DNA from: an uncultured virus (IMG/VR IMGVR_UViG_3300044949_000816)
Taxonomy: Duplodnaviria; Heunggongvirae; Uroviricota; Caudoviricetes
Reading direction: 5' to 3' (one strand)
IMG/VR virus record: IMGVR_UViG_3300044949_000816
Span: 1 to 64,000 of that record
Length of the DNA: 64,000 nucleotides
The position numbers and the translations under genes were made by a program. Position 1 is the first letter of the stretch. Every line of letters begins with the position of its first letter. Of this stretch, positions 18,816-32,466 are shown piece after piece. The notes beneath the pieces are model-generated. The model saw nothing but the letters and a program-made list of their open reading frames with translations, did no database searches and was not told the origin of the DNA.

Positions 18816-21800
18816 TATACTCCCCTACCCCCAAGATTCCAAGGGTCAACACCATCAGGAATAGGATCATCCCATGCCCCCTTACCCTCATCAGAATAGT
18901 TTACATAAAGATTATCACCACCAATGTTTAGGTGAAAGACTTGACCGTTGTTGAGATAAATTCCCATCCATACTGCACGCCCTTCTTCCATTACTTCATA
19001 ATGAAACATCTTCACATCTTCCAGAATAATTTCATCTGGGTTCTTTACAAAACGTGTCATTTTGATTTCTGCTGTTCTACATTAGAAGTTGAAAAGTGTG
19101 GTTCAATATGAGTAACTGAAACTACAATTACCAAACCACAAATTGCGGCAAGCATTAAATCTCCGAGTTTCATTTTTTTCTCCTTTGTTTTCGTTTTTAT
19201 ATAGGTTTTATTTCAAAACCTCATTAACATCAACGGCATCATAATCATCAATACCGAGTTTAAACCTTACAAAATCTGTGAAATCCATGGCATCTTGTTC
19301 ATAAACACAATACCCACCATTATTATCACTCTCCGTGTAATTGGTAAAGTAATCATCAAATACTACCATAATGGCAAGGGCACGAGAATGATCATGTTCT
19401 GTGATGGTTTTATGAGGATGTGCCACAATCTTTGTGATACACTCAAAGAGTTCCTCACGATTATAAGAGAATGCTTTTGCTTCTGGGTTGAGTTTGTAAG
19501 TCATGAGAAATTGTAATGAACACGGGTGTAGAAATCTTTGAAACAACTCCTATTGAGGAGTTTCATCATCGCTGGAGGAATGTAGTATGAATATTCACTG
19601 AAGAAATCTTCTTTACTGAGAAATCTGAGACCATGAAGATACCAAGTGCCAAATTGCTCATGGAATGCTCTCACAGCACGATATTGCTTTGTAGTGCAAG
19701 GAACATACTTATTGGTAGATGTTTCAAAATCTTCAGGATGACCAGGATTTGCCTGTGTCATCATAACACACACGGTTTGACCTTCACCTGTGCCGAAGTA
19801 TTCGGAAACCATATACACCCAATGTTCATCCACTGGGAATACATCACGATGATACTTCTGCTCATATTCTTTCATACAAGCATCAGCAACCAGTTGGAAG
19901 TTTTCTTTTTTCTTTGCTTGTAGTTCTTCCATTAGTTCTTCATGTTCAATCTTACGAAGTTCTTTAAGAGCATCAGAATACTTGTCGATACCAGCAATAG
20001 CAGCTCTTACAGCATCCATTCGTTCCTCCTTTTCAATATCAGCGAGTTCTTTTAGAGCATCGCCATTTTCAGCATAAAGTTTTTCTACTGCTTCCCATGC
20101 TTTTTTATTTGCCACTTCTTTTTGGACTTTCTGGTAATCTTCTTCAGATACTTTAGCAATAATCACTTCGTTTGCTGCTTCTCGTTTTGCTGCTTCTTCA
20201 AGCATTTCTTCGTGTGTAGGTTCAATCATGGTTCCCAAGCGTAAGATTTTAATAGTTGATTGTCTTTTTCAAGTTGTTCAATTCGTTCATTCATCTCTTG
20301 CAGAAGTTCAATTAATGCAAGAGTATCAATCGTTTCTGTGTCTTGCCCATTCTCCATATCAATATATTGAGAATAGAAAAGTTCTTGTTTGAAGTTTCGT
20401 TTAGTCATCATCACACATCCATTCCTTCAAATCAATAATCTCATACCAATCAGGAGCATAATCATCATTCTTCATAACATTAATTTTGTCAGTTGCTTCC
20501 TCTTCAGTATCATAGCACGCAACCCAATCACCCGTAGCACGGTCAGGATAATAGTTGTATCCAGCAATCAACAGATAAGTTTTCATCGCAGTTTCTCCCT
20601 AATCGTTCGGATACACTCATTCCACTTATAACTGTTAGTTTCGTGTTCTGATGGCAACCACAAACTGATTTCATCAATCAAAGTAGCAATACAAGTATCA
20701 CCATCCCAATCAACACCAGTTGTGAATACATCTGCCCACCAATCATGGATCAAATCACTCAAGGTTTGTGGTTTGGTAGAAGATGAAACCACACCTTGCT
20801 TGACTGCTTCACGGAATGCTTCTTTCAATCCATCAGCAACTTGTTCTGGTGTTTGAGGTGTTGGTTTGTAATCAACTACACCATAACCATCATGAATTCT
20901 GATAGTTTCTTCCATTTCATTATGAACTCGTTCTCCTCGTTCTTGTGCGGTTTCTTGAAACTCTCCTACCTTATAATCCTTCTGTGCGGACTTATAACCA
21001 TTTACAAAGTGCATCCAAGTTGGACTGTCCCAACATCCATCAGTAATATGAGTCGTAGGATAATTACCATAAACTCTTTTATATGCTTCTTCGCAAGGAG
21101 TTTTTGTTTTTTCCAGTTCCTTATAAAATTCCAACTTACTTTGAAGCACTTTGATTTGTGCCTCAATATCTTCAATCACAGTCATAGGAGTTTCGTATTT
21201 CACAGGTTCATTCATTTTAATGTGTAGTTGTGTTTTAGGTGTTACCGTTCCCAATCTACCAGTTCCTTCAACTTTTATGGTAGTTTCTCCACTTGGTGAT
21301 GTGAATTTAAGGTCAGTCATTTTATCTTTGTTAAGAGGTCCATAAACTTGTTCCATTAGTTTTTGAAAGTCCTTATCCATATCCCAAAGCATTAGAGTGC
21401 CTCCAATTCATCACATACATCAAGTATAGCACGGGCATCAAGCACCATATCTTCCACACCTTCCTCTCTACAAAACTGATAGTATTGGAGTTCTGCTACT
21501 AACTCACGGAGAATATCAGCAATAATTTTTTTGCTGTAAGGGTCAAGATAAGTGTCAAATTGTTCTACTGGTGTCATTAGTGCTTTGGAATAACCATCAA
21601 CATAAGTATTCCAAATTACTTGTGCTACTTCTTTTTTGTTAGCCATTTTCTTTCATCACAGGATGCTCGTATTCTACACCAATTTGTTCTAAAAGTGTGC
21701 GGGCAAAGGTAATCTCACCGTAATCAGCACCTACCTCAAAGGCAACATCACCATTAGTATAATCATTTGGATTGAAATCATCACCATACTTATTGTAACA

Positions 21801-22577
21801 GTGCTTCATCTCTGCGTATTTTTTGAGAACTCCAAGAAGAAGTGTGAGTTTTTGTTCGTCAGTCATTCTTCATCCTCATCAAAACCACCAACACCAATAT
21901 CTACAAAGGTAGAACCATCAACGTCCTCAAAAAGTTGGAAGTCAAAATCACCTTGATAAAAGTTATACCTGTATCCATCAGTAATTCTTACTTCTTGGTC
22001 AAGTGGAAACTCTTTGAGTTTTTCAATAAATTCAGCAACAGTCATTTCACCCCCAGCAAATCCTTTTCTTCGTCAGTCAAACGAGCAATCAGTTCTTTAC
22101 GCTTTTGTGCTTTGATTTCTTTCTCTTGTTGTTTCACAAGCATTTCATCCAAGATACTATCCATTGTGCAGAAATCATAATCTCCTCCACTCTTCCAATC
22201 AGATCGTCCTTCATTGTCAATAAAAACAGTGTTATTAGACCATTTGCCATCATCGTGCCAATCATTACGCAGAGTGATTTTATAACCTTCATCAGTTTGA
22301 CGGAAGGTTACATCACGAATAGAAAGTTTCTGTGCTTTACAGAGAAAGTCCAGTAGTTCGGTTGTAGTAATCATTTCATTTGCTCCAAAACATCAATAAA
22401 GTGTTGAATACAATCTTTGGGAATGTGAATGGTTTGGTATCCTGGTCCATTACCATCCTCTACACTCACAGTTCCATACTCATCGGCAGTGAAATCAAAA
22501 CTCCAACCATCTTCATCGTGTATAATTTTAATGTGCTTGGTGATTGTGTAGGTCATCGGTTGGTTGCTTATGAGGTT

Positions 22578-22637
22578 ATTATACGACCAAACACACCCCA
22601 CCACAAGGAGGAGTGTGCCAGTTCTTCAAGTGTCCTC
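22578..22637 (-). promoter_or_regulatory. Palindrome-type early promoter, copy 7
   Basis: TGTGCCAGTT-CTTC-AAGTGTCCTC at 22614-22637; TATAAT 22578-22583; spacer 30 with hairpin. Confidence 0.8.
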
Positions 22638-25600
22638 AAAATCTCTTGGTTCTTCGTATGCCTCATCGCATCCAGTAAATGCGTATTTCTTATTATTCAT
22701 CTTATACCATTCGTGGTTCAAAGCATAAAAGAATGTCATCCATTCTCCGTCGTAATATGAAAGTCCTTCATTATAAGAACCAAAGACATTAGTTTCTTCT
22801 GGAACTCTCATCCAGATTTTCCAGTAATCAAAAATTAGTTTTGTGAGTTTCATTTTCTCTTACCAGAGTTCTCATAAATGATTGCTTGTTCCAAAGACAT
22901 TCCAAGATAAGTGTAATCAATTATACCACTACTATCAGTTAAATCAGGATGAACCCAATAATTTGGATGATACCAATCAGTCCATCCAAGTGCTCTCAAA
23001 TCATCAGCAGTTTTTACTTCTTTATTCATCATCGCAGTCAAAATAATCTCCATCAAATAAGTTATCATAATTGTTGAGTGCCTGATAAAACCACCAAGCA
23101 TCTTCTTCAACATCAATCAATCTATGCTGACACACCCATTTTGTATAATATCTTTCAGGGAACATTAGAATATACCAACAATCAAAAGCACTTCTCCAAG
23201 TGCGTCTGTTATTCCAGAGGGTTTTGAGTTTATTCATAGGTAGTAAGTGTCCTCCTCATATTTCACATAATCACTACAAATATGGCAGAAGAAATCTCCA
23301 CCAGTATCTTCTGGGTTAGTTATACACATAACCCATACCCAAAAACATTCCCTAAACCAATACCAACCTGCATCTAACTTTTCAAAGAGATTCATAGGAC
23401 GATTGATTTTCATAACTTCACCAGGAGTTCCATTCAAAATAATACTCATATTATAATCAAGTTGTTTGTTAACTTCTGCGTTAAGTTCGTCTTTGAAAAC
23501 TTTTTCCCAATCTACCTTACCAAAGAGTTCTTCAAGTTCTTGTGCGGTGGTCGGTTTATTATTCATATCTAATCTTCTTTGGATTGTTTCTTTTACCACA
23601 TACAGGACACTTTACACCATCCATCACCAGTTGTCTATCACAAGAATTACACCAAAAGAAACCATACTTTGCCTGTTTGGCTTTCTCACGATTTCTTGGT
23701 TGGTAGTCCTCATCCATTATTTCACTTCCACATAAATCGTTTCACCAAGTTGAGTTTTACATTTCCACCTCTTGCCGCAAGTGAGACATTCAAGAGCAGA
23801 AGTTGTTATATTTCTATCTGGATTAGTATTCACTCCGTTCTTATCATAGATTGGAGGATAATATGCGGCAGTTGAAGAACCTGGACTTTGAATAAATCTA
23901 CAATCCTCTCTGGGACATTGGGGAGTTATATTAGTCATAATGCATCATCAACCCAGAAGAACCCAAGACAAGTTTTCATAAAGAACCTCACCAAACGATT
24001 AGGTTTCTCATTCATATAATACCTCAAATATCGTTGATTTCCAATCGTATAATAACCTTTATGATTATTTCCCTGTTTGATTACAAAAGAAGTTTCAGGA
24101 TAAGAACTAACATAAGCACTCAATCCAGTTCCATAAGTAAGTTTTATGTGAGGTGGAAAATGTCCATGCTCCTTCGCATACTCAAAGTTATCACTAATTC
24201 TATCAAACTTATATTCGTAGTTTCTCTCCGCAGTTAGTTTAGAGGCATAAAAGTTTCTCTTCGTTTTCTCAATCAGATTATCAATATTCTCACCAAACTC
24301 TTGTTGTATTTCATCCAGGGTTTTGGGTTTCTCTGGGATAATAAGGAGATGTTTTACTTTATCAAAGTTTTCATTAGTTTCAGATACTTTCATACCCATA
24401 GCATCAAATAATGCTGCTATGTATTTCACAGAAGTTAGTTTAGTAGTATCTACATCATAAAATTTAGTTCCGATGTATAAAGTTCCTTGTGGTTGAATAT
24501 AAGTGTTGTTTTGAACTCTTGCCGAGTAAGTATCCAATACTGGTTGTCCTATGTTGTTTTCCCAGACATCAACATCCCAAGGAGATGAGATATTCTTTTC
24601 AGGTTTCCATTCCTTCATCGGATTCCATCTCCAAAGAGTTTTTTCAGTTCATCGTATAATGACCGAAGTTCATTATACTGTCCCATATATGCGAAATGTT
24701 CTGTTTCTTTTTGTGTTTGTAGTAAAACAAAAAGTTGTCTTACTTGTTCGTGTGTGAGAGTAATTTTATAACTCTTCTGAATTTCAATCACCATCGTCCA
24801 ATACTCCTCAAAACATCTAATAGTTTGGTGAATGCCCAAGAGATTACAAGTGCTTGCCCCCAAGTAACTGGAAAGAACGATACAATTGCCCATCCAAGTA
24901 TTGCGACAACAACAAGAAGACCCATCAATTCACCAATGATTTCTGGGATAGTTGGTTTAAACATTTTCAATCCTCCACATAATGGTAGATAGGTTTGTTG
25001 TATTTCCTTGCCATTTTAACACAAACTCTTGCTGCCATAAGTTCATCAAATCTTTTGATAAGAAAATATTCTCCTGTTGGAGATAACTTCAAAACCTTAT
25101 AATAAACTTTCATCTCATCAAAATCAAAGAGTTCTTGGATTTTATAATCGGGTTCAGTCATTTTCGGTTTCCATCAAATTTACATAAGGAGTAGTTTTCC
25201 ATTCACTCCACATATTATCAGGGTCTGGGGGACATAAAGAACCAGAGGCATCCGCAGTAAAAAGAACAAACCGATACTGAAAATCTGGACGGCACATCGG
25301 TCCATTATCAATAATTCTCATTTCAATCATTTCCGTGCCTCCCAATATTTACCTTCCATACCACACTCATAGTACTTTCTCGCATGATCACAATACTTAC
25401 CATTAGATCTTCCAGTCACAACATTTCCAGTCAAAGCAGGATGAAGGCATAAGTCAAATGTGTCACCAAATCCAGTAATGCGAGCATTCCAATCTCTCTT
25501 ATAGTGCTTACAATCCTTACAAAGTTTAATAGGTTCAGTCATCACCACTCACACTCCACAATCACAGAAAACCCAAGTTTATCTTTGAGACATTCTACCA

Positions 25601-27073
25601 TAAATTCCTGAAACTCATAAGAAGTCGGAGAACACTCTTCAATCAAAATATGATAATGAATATCCCCATCCATATGGTAAGTTAGATAAACATCCTCAAC
25701 ATACAAATCACCATAATTTACTCCACTAAACTTTTCTGTAGAATTCTTATGTTCTTGGAGAATTTCTTCTGCTGCTGTTTTTATTTTGATAAAGTTATGG
25801 TACGCATCTTCAATATCAAATCCAGAAGTCAGTTCAGTCATCTCAAATACCTGCGTCAGCATCAATAGTGAAGTTTGGTTTGTCTGTGATGACTTCTACA
25901 CTCATACTATCCATAATCGCAGCAATCAAATCCCTTACATTTTCCCTTGACTTGGCAGTATAATATCCACTCCAGTTTGATACTGCTAGAGAATGAGTGA
26001 GTGTATCAGTAATAACTGCGAGTTCGTGTGCTGTTAGTTTCATTTTGTCAAAAAATCTCCAAGTTTAGGAATTTCACCACAATAAGAAGTTACTTCTGAT
26101 GGACTTCTACCTTTGAAAGCAATTCTACACTCCATAGATTTGACATAAGTTTGTTTATACAGATTTTGCTTCTGCATATCAGTATAGAAATACCCAAACA
26201 CCAAACTAATGATGACGGTAAAACCAAACATAACACACAGAGCAATCAGTGCTTCATCATTAAATTTCATTTGTCAGTCCTCATTAGTTGTTCCATTTAT
26301 CGTGGGCAATAATCTTACGATAAGTTGTCTCACTCACAATATCCTTCTCTAACTCAACAACAGAAGCATATTGGAGATAGAGTGCGTATTCATCCTCGTT
26401 GAAATTGATTGATGGAATGAGACCTTTGTATGATAGAAGTGATTTGGTAATCAGTTTTTCTAATTGATAATGGTCGTCAGGCATCAGTCCTCCACAATCA
26501 AACAATACTTTGACTGAAAGATAAAAACATCCTTTTCGTGAATAAATTTCTCTCCATTTAGTTCCCAAGAATACACAACTTCAATCCAAGGGTCTGTATC
26601 TCCATAAGTATTGAAACCTTCAACGGTTACATAACCTTTGGAACCATCTGCTCGTGCCCAACGAGAACCAACTTGGATTTCGTGTGCCTTGAAGAAATGA
26701 CGGACAATTGCTCTGCGTCCATCTATGATTTCAGTTTCGTAGTTCATTACCATTGCTCCACAGGGATATAACCTACACTATGGCAGGTATCACATTCATA
26801 AAGATGACACTCACCCCAAGAGTATTCTGGGGGTAGATTGCCTTCATCAAAGTCGGCAGCATACTGGGCACTTACTTGCTTGAACTGTTCATTACTTTGG
26901 TCTGAATCATCTTTCAGAACATAATGAAGTGTCCAACTTTCACCATCACCTTGACAATCGGGACACTTACGAAATCCCATCTCACCTCTGATAATGGCAC
27001 GGAGTTCTGCTGCCTCCAAAAGAAGGTCGTTGCCGTAGGAAGAAACTTGCATCGGTTGGTTGCTTACAAGGTT

Positions 27074-27133
27074 ATTATACTGCAAAACCACCGACCACAA
27101 GAGGGTCGGTGTGCCAGTTCTTCAAGTGTCCAA
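27074..27133 (-). promoter_or_regulatory. Palindrome-type early promoter, copy 8
   Basis: TGTGCCAGTT-CTTC-AAGTGTCCAA at 27110-27133; TATAAT 27074-27079; spacer 30; hairpin CACCGACC/GGTCGGTG. Confidence 0.8.
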
Positions 27134-29274
27134 CATCTTACGAATTCTATCTCCAATCAATTCAAGAATACTTTTTTGTCTTGGAGACCAAGCACCATAA
27201 TTCATACAAATGTGATTGTATAGTTGTGGAAACTGATGAACAAGATTACAATAATCACCACCAGATTTCAAACATTTATCAAATTCAATACCATTAGAAC
27301 TTCTGTGGCAGTGAATACAATTCCGACAGTTGATAGCAAGACCAGAAGTGGGGTCAATTTGAGTATTGACCATTCCTTCCAGTTGTGCTCGTTTTTGTTC
27401 AAGATTGTTCATAAATCGTAAGGATGTTGAGGGTCTCGGGTCCAAAGTTTAGTATATACTAACCATTTCTCTTGTTTGTTATCCATTTCAGCAGTCCAGT
27501 GAATTCCATTCTCATCAATAGCATCAAGATAATGAATACCTTTGCGGTCATCAATCACACGAGTGACAGTTACAAACTTTACTTTTTCAACCATAATCAA
27601 ACTCCGTCTGGTAGATTTCCTGTTAAAGCAAGAATAAGAGAAATAATCATAATAAGAACAAGTCCTATTGGTAGTGGCCATTCTGGTTTTTCTGGATCAT
27701 TCATTTTTCACAACCTCAAATGTGGGAACACCTTTCTCATCAAACTCTACAGCAAGATTTACTGTATAACCACCTGAAATCCTCCAAGAAGCATTTTTGA
27801 ACTCTTGTGTTTCTTTCTCTGGATATTTTGGAACAAAAAGACCATCTACAAGTTCATTAGCATCCTCATCACCAAGATAATGGAGGTTGATGAATTTACG
27901 CAATCTTATTTCATCTTCTGGTGGGAGATGAAAACTTACGGGAACAACAAACTTATTCGTTGGTTCAAACATTTTATCATAATCAATCATAATGCTTCTA
28001 CTTCATCGGCAAGTTGATATAATACATCAGCAGGATGTTGAAGTTCTCCCCAATCAGTACAAAGTCGTGCTGCTGCTTCGTTGATGATAAAAGCAATCAG
28101 TTTCTTGCGGTCATTCTTCTGTGGTCGCAGTGTGAGTTCCATAGAAGCATCTAGGAGTTCTTGCGCTCTATTGGTCATCACGATTTCTCCTATACCAAGA
28201 AAGGTCTCTTGGACGTGCAGTAACTACATCCAAATAAAATTGAAATCGTTTGTATTGAATAAAAAATCCAAGCAAAAAACCAGAACTGATACACAAAGAA
28301 AATTCTGGAAGGATAGAATCGCAACCATAATCATCCCATTGAACTGTAATATCAAGTAGAGCAAACTTTTGGAATCTAAGGACTTGGAAAAACCACTCCT
28401 TCCCAAAGTCCTCATAAGTTTCATAATCAAAGAGTTTCATACTCCATCTCCAGTTTCATTCCATTCATCCATACGAGTAGCAAGGTCTTCACACTCTTTC
28501 CAGTGTTTCTCTACTTCTTTTACACGCACCATAAAACTATCTTCACCATGATCACCTGAATACAGATAATCAATATGCCTCATGATTTCTGCCATTTTAC
28601 GCATCTTGAGAAGTTGTTTTCTCAAATACTTGATAGTTTCTGGCGAAAAATTGGGAGCATACTCATACTCATCTAGTTTTTTGTTGTTGTTTTGGATTTC
28701 TACTTCCAACTCATCAGCAAACTGTGCTACCTTGTAGTAATCGTAACCGCAGTCACCAAAATGTCCGCCACTCATGGTTGTGTCTCCGTTGTTACTTGGG
28801 GTGGTGGGGGAGGTGCTACAGGAGGTAGCACTGTTTGTTGGGGTGCTGGAGGCAACGTGGTTGCCGTTGGAGGAGTCTCTGGCACCACTACAGGTGCTGG
28901 TTCTAATGCTGGTTTAGAGAGATCTTCCAGTTTTTTGTCCAGTTCATTCAGTTTTTGATCTAATACTGTTGGTGGTTGTGGTGAGTTAGACTCTGCAAGT
29001 TTCCATCCAGCAGCAGCAGCACCGAAAATACTTGCAAGGGCAGCAACAGTTGAAATGGTCTTGGTGAAACTCATTTTGCCTCCAGTTCTTCATCTACAGG
29101 GAACATTTGATCATACTCTTCATCAGTCAGAGTAAGAAACTGAACATCAGCATCACGATGTTCTTCGGCATACATTAGATGGTAATGTACAAAGGCAGCA
29201 GGATCAGTGCTTCCATATTCTACCACACCATCAACCAAACAAAGGTAGTTCATCGGTTTGTTGTGTACTAAAGT

Positions 29275-29334
29275 ATCATAAAGCAAAACACTACCCATGT
29301 AAAGAGGTAGTGTGCCAGTTGGTCAGGTGTCTTG
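29275..29334 (-). promoter_or_regulatory. Palindrome-type early promoter, copy 9
   Basis: TGTGCCAGTT-GGTC-AGGTGTCTTG at 29311-29334; TATGAT 29275-29280; spacer 30; hairpin CACTACC/GGTAGTG. Confidence 0.75.
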
Positions 29335-29828
29335 TTCTTGTTCTAGTTTGCCATAAAGTCCTCGTTCGTAACCCGCACAATATGCCGAATGTATCCATTT
29401 ATACATCAAATCTTTACGGGTCTTTTCGTCCCCTACTTCACAGTCTCCATAGAAATACTCACATCTCCAAGTATAAGGACCATAGTTATCATTAAACCAA
29501 TCTACAAAACCTTCTTCGGCATCATCTACCCATTCAAAATCATTTGCTGGATGGTTTTTCATTTTCAATTTCTTGTTTTAGTTTGCGAATTCCAGTAATG
29601 AAGTAAGCAAAGTCACGAGTTTCTGTGATGGGTTTGGTTTCACCACACACATCACAGGTTGATGTATAAACAGAAGAACAACCTACAGAATATACTCCAT
29701 AAGTTCGTCCGCAATCCATACAGGTTTTGTAGGCAGTCTCAAGTTTCTTGAGAAGTGCTTTCTTTTCTTTGAGGTTCATAAGGTCCAAGTTCAACTCCGT
29801 ATTTGTTTTTGAGGTTGTCTGTAAGGTA

Positions 29829-29888
29829 ATCATACAGCAGATCGGCAAACCCGTAATGGGGTCTTGTGCCAGTTTCAATACTGGACGA
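29829..29888 (-). promoter_or_regulatory. Palindrome-type early promoter, copy 10 (inside ORF 29739-29960)
   Basis: TGTGCCAGTT-TCAA-TACTGGACGA at 29865-29888; TATGAT 29829-29834; spacer 30. Confidence 0.7.
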
Positions 29889-31171
29889 AGTAGCAACCGT
29901 CCACATAATATCAAGTTCTCTTTTATCAGGAAGTTCTTTCATCAATCCCACCACCAACAAAGATTTTCAAGTGTGTTAATAAACTGTTCATGATAAACCG
30001 TTCTACTAGGATTTGGTTTACCATCTTTCATGTCTTGTAGATACTGCATTATACCACGAACCACTGGAGTGTCTTGAAAGTATTCGTGCATTCTGTAACA
30101 ATCAAACTTTTCATTATATTGAATAAAGTCATGGAGCGGTGCCATATTGCGACGGTATGCACGGATGAATACATCTTCATCCTTAATACCATTCTTGTTT
30201 AGAATCTGAAGTGGTGTATACTTTTCACCATCATTTTCTTCATCAAGTTCTTCTGGTTCACCAAAGACGAAATGAAGGTCATCATAATACTTTTCCATCA
30301 ACTCTAGGTCTGGTGCTACACGAAGTTCTTCATTCTCCTGCATGTAGTAGTCCATTCTACGTTTTGCATCTGGATCGGTCAGGCGAAATACAATATTACC
30401 GATGTAGTAGTTTACTGGACCTCCATACATGCTTTCGGATAGTTTTTTGCGAAACGAAAGATGAATAATTTCAAATCCAGGATCTTCATTTTCTTCCATT
30501 ACTAAACCTTGAGTGAAACTCATTCTTTTACCTCTTGAACATAAAAAGACTCATCACGCCAATTACGACCAGCAATATCAAAAGTAAAACCTAACTTGCC
30601 AACAGTGAAGAAAAAAGAAAATAGTCGTCCATATCCCATATTAATTTGGAGATAAGGCCATTCAATCCAGGAACCATACTCACCAATATCAAATGCAACT
30701 TGGAGAAGTGCATGATGTTCATTAAAGAAAAGAGTTAGGCAATATTCTTTACCATAATCCTCTCTTACATACCATTTTGCAATTTGAAAGATTTTCATTC
30801 TTCTAGTTCCTGTGCTAGTTGAAGCATATCATTTTTATCTAGAACAATCAAGTTATTTTGAGCATTATAAAACTGAACGTTTTCTGCAGTAATCTTCAAA
30901 ATTGCGGCAACTAGTTTCTCTTCGGTATCAGCACCAGCATTTCGTGCCTCCCAAATAGCATTCATAAATGCTTGCGATCTTTCAGTCAATTGTCTTCTCC
31001 TCAGGAAAATCAAACCATTCATATAGAGAGTTCATCACATTTTCAACAATACAATCAACCACAGCATCTGGATGTGGGTTCTCTACATGTTTATGTGCTC
31101 TATTATAACCGAAACGAACACCTTCTTCAAGTGCCATTCCCAATACTTTATGAAAGTTCGGTTTCATAATT

Positions 31172-31645
31172 TTAATAAGTATAAGATTTCCATTCTTGAA
31201 TATTAGAGTTATTCAAAACAAACTGCATTTTATTTAATGGAGCCTTTGGTTTTTTTCTTAACTTCATCCCAGTTTGCTCTAATAACGTATTACCTTTTTT
31301 TGTGTTACAAGAACAACAAGCAACCACAAGATTTTCCCAAGTATCTTGTCCACCACGACATTTTGGAATTACATGATCTATAGTTAGATTGTGTGTAGAT
31401 CCACAATATTGGCAAGAATTATTATCACGCTTATAAATCATCGTTTTAGATGGCCTATGTGACATAATTTTAGAAAGAGGAACCTTTACATAATCTAACA
31501 ATCTAATTACTTGGGTTGAAAGAATTTGTGCTTTTTCTTTAAGTAATAAAACAATTGCTCTTTTCCAACTCGTGATGTTAAGAGGTTCATAACTGGAATT
31601 TAAAACTAAAACAGATCTTCCAGGTTGAATTTTTAAGTAGTCCAT
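31172..31645 (-). CDS. HNH endonuclease (host-like family)
   Basis: VLVLNSSYEPL...RDNNSCQYCG...LTIDHVIPK.RGG..TWENLVVACCSCNTKKGN. Confidence 0.9.
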   Translation of the reverse strand: MDYLKIQPGRSVLVLNSSYEPLNITSWKRAIVLLLKEKAQILSTQVIRLLDYVKVPLSKIMSHRPSKTMIYKRDNNSCQYCGSTHNLTIDHVIPKCRGGQDTWENLVVACCSCNTKKGNTLLEQTGMKLRKKPKAPLNKMQFVLNNSNIQEWKSYTY

Positions 31646-31649
31646 CGGA

Positions 31650-32443
31650 TTAGTCAGGCTCTACACTTTTATCTATAAATTTATCTAAAGCATCTAAATC
31701 GTCTTTAAGTTCTTGCTCTCTTTTCTTGTCATGGTAATAAGACCAAAGTGCATTATGAACATCCATAAGATGATCAACCCAGAAACCCGTAGGATAAATG
31801 CCAAGAGCATCTTGAAGTCCACGGTGAGAGGTTCCTTCACTTTCTGCCTTACACATGATGTATGTGATTGCTTCTACCATATCAACCTTGTCTTCTTCAG
31901 AAAGCATAAAATACTTTCCCACAGCACGTTGCCTTGCCTCTTCATTTGCCTTCTGAAGTTCTTTACAAGCATCAGAATTCCACCACTCTTGGAGTGCTTT
32001 GCCAAGATCGTTAGGTTGCTTTTCAGTCATTACCTTCACTTTTACCTACAATATATCCTAGCACAAGACCACACATAAAAGCAACAAATAAGTAAAGTTC
32101 ATGAGATACAAATTGTATCAAGTCAATCACGTTGTCTCCAATCTTCTGGTTTTTCTTCTGTGAAAAAATCAACAATCTCATCTACACTGTTAAATCTAGA
32201 AATTCCTTTTCTTTCATGTCCTATTCCACCAATGTCAAGTTGATTTAAAAAATCATCTAAATCTCCTTCTTGCATATTAGGATTTTCTGCTTTTCGGCGT
32301 GCTTGGCGAAGAATTGTGGCAGCGGAACGATTTACTTTTGCTAATTTTTCCGCCCAAATCATATCTCCTAAAGAAACCTCTTCATGCTTGACAATCTTTT
32401 GGCAGATTTCTTCAAGACGAAGACGATATTGTGTAGAGAGCAT
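31650..32443 (-). other. Two hypothetical ORFs (31650-32030, 32123-32443)
   Basis: ORF track; 32123-32443 has an AATAAATA box at 32464-32471. Confidence 0.65.
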
Positions 32444-32466
32444 AATTTACTCCAAGTATGGTTTAT

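Larger units (their letters stand above)
18815..31167 (-). other. Hyperplastic region of about 45 short hypothetical ORFs, many overlapping at start/stop; several CxxC zinc-finger-like
   Basis: Dense minus-strand ORFs of 60-270 aa with ATGA-type overlaps; CxxC pairs in 23717-23938, 25327-25542, 26747-27052, 27122-27412, 29540-29779; Pro-rich membrane protein 28772-29074. Confidence 0.75.

Noticed and set aside
31172..31645. HNH gene as a mobile homing endonuclease or intron
   Set aside because: It resembles the stand-alone bacterial HNH family and does not interrupt any gene
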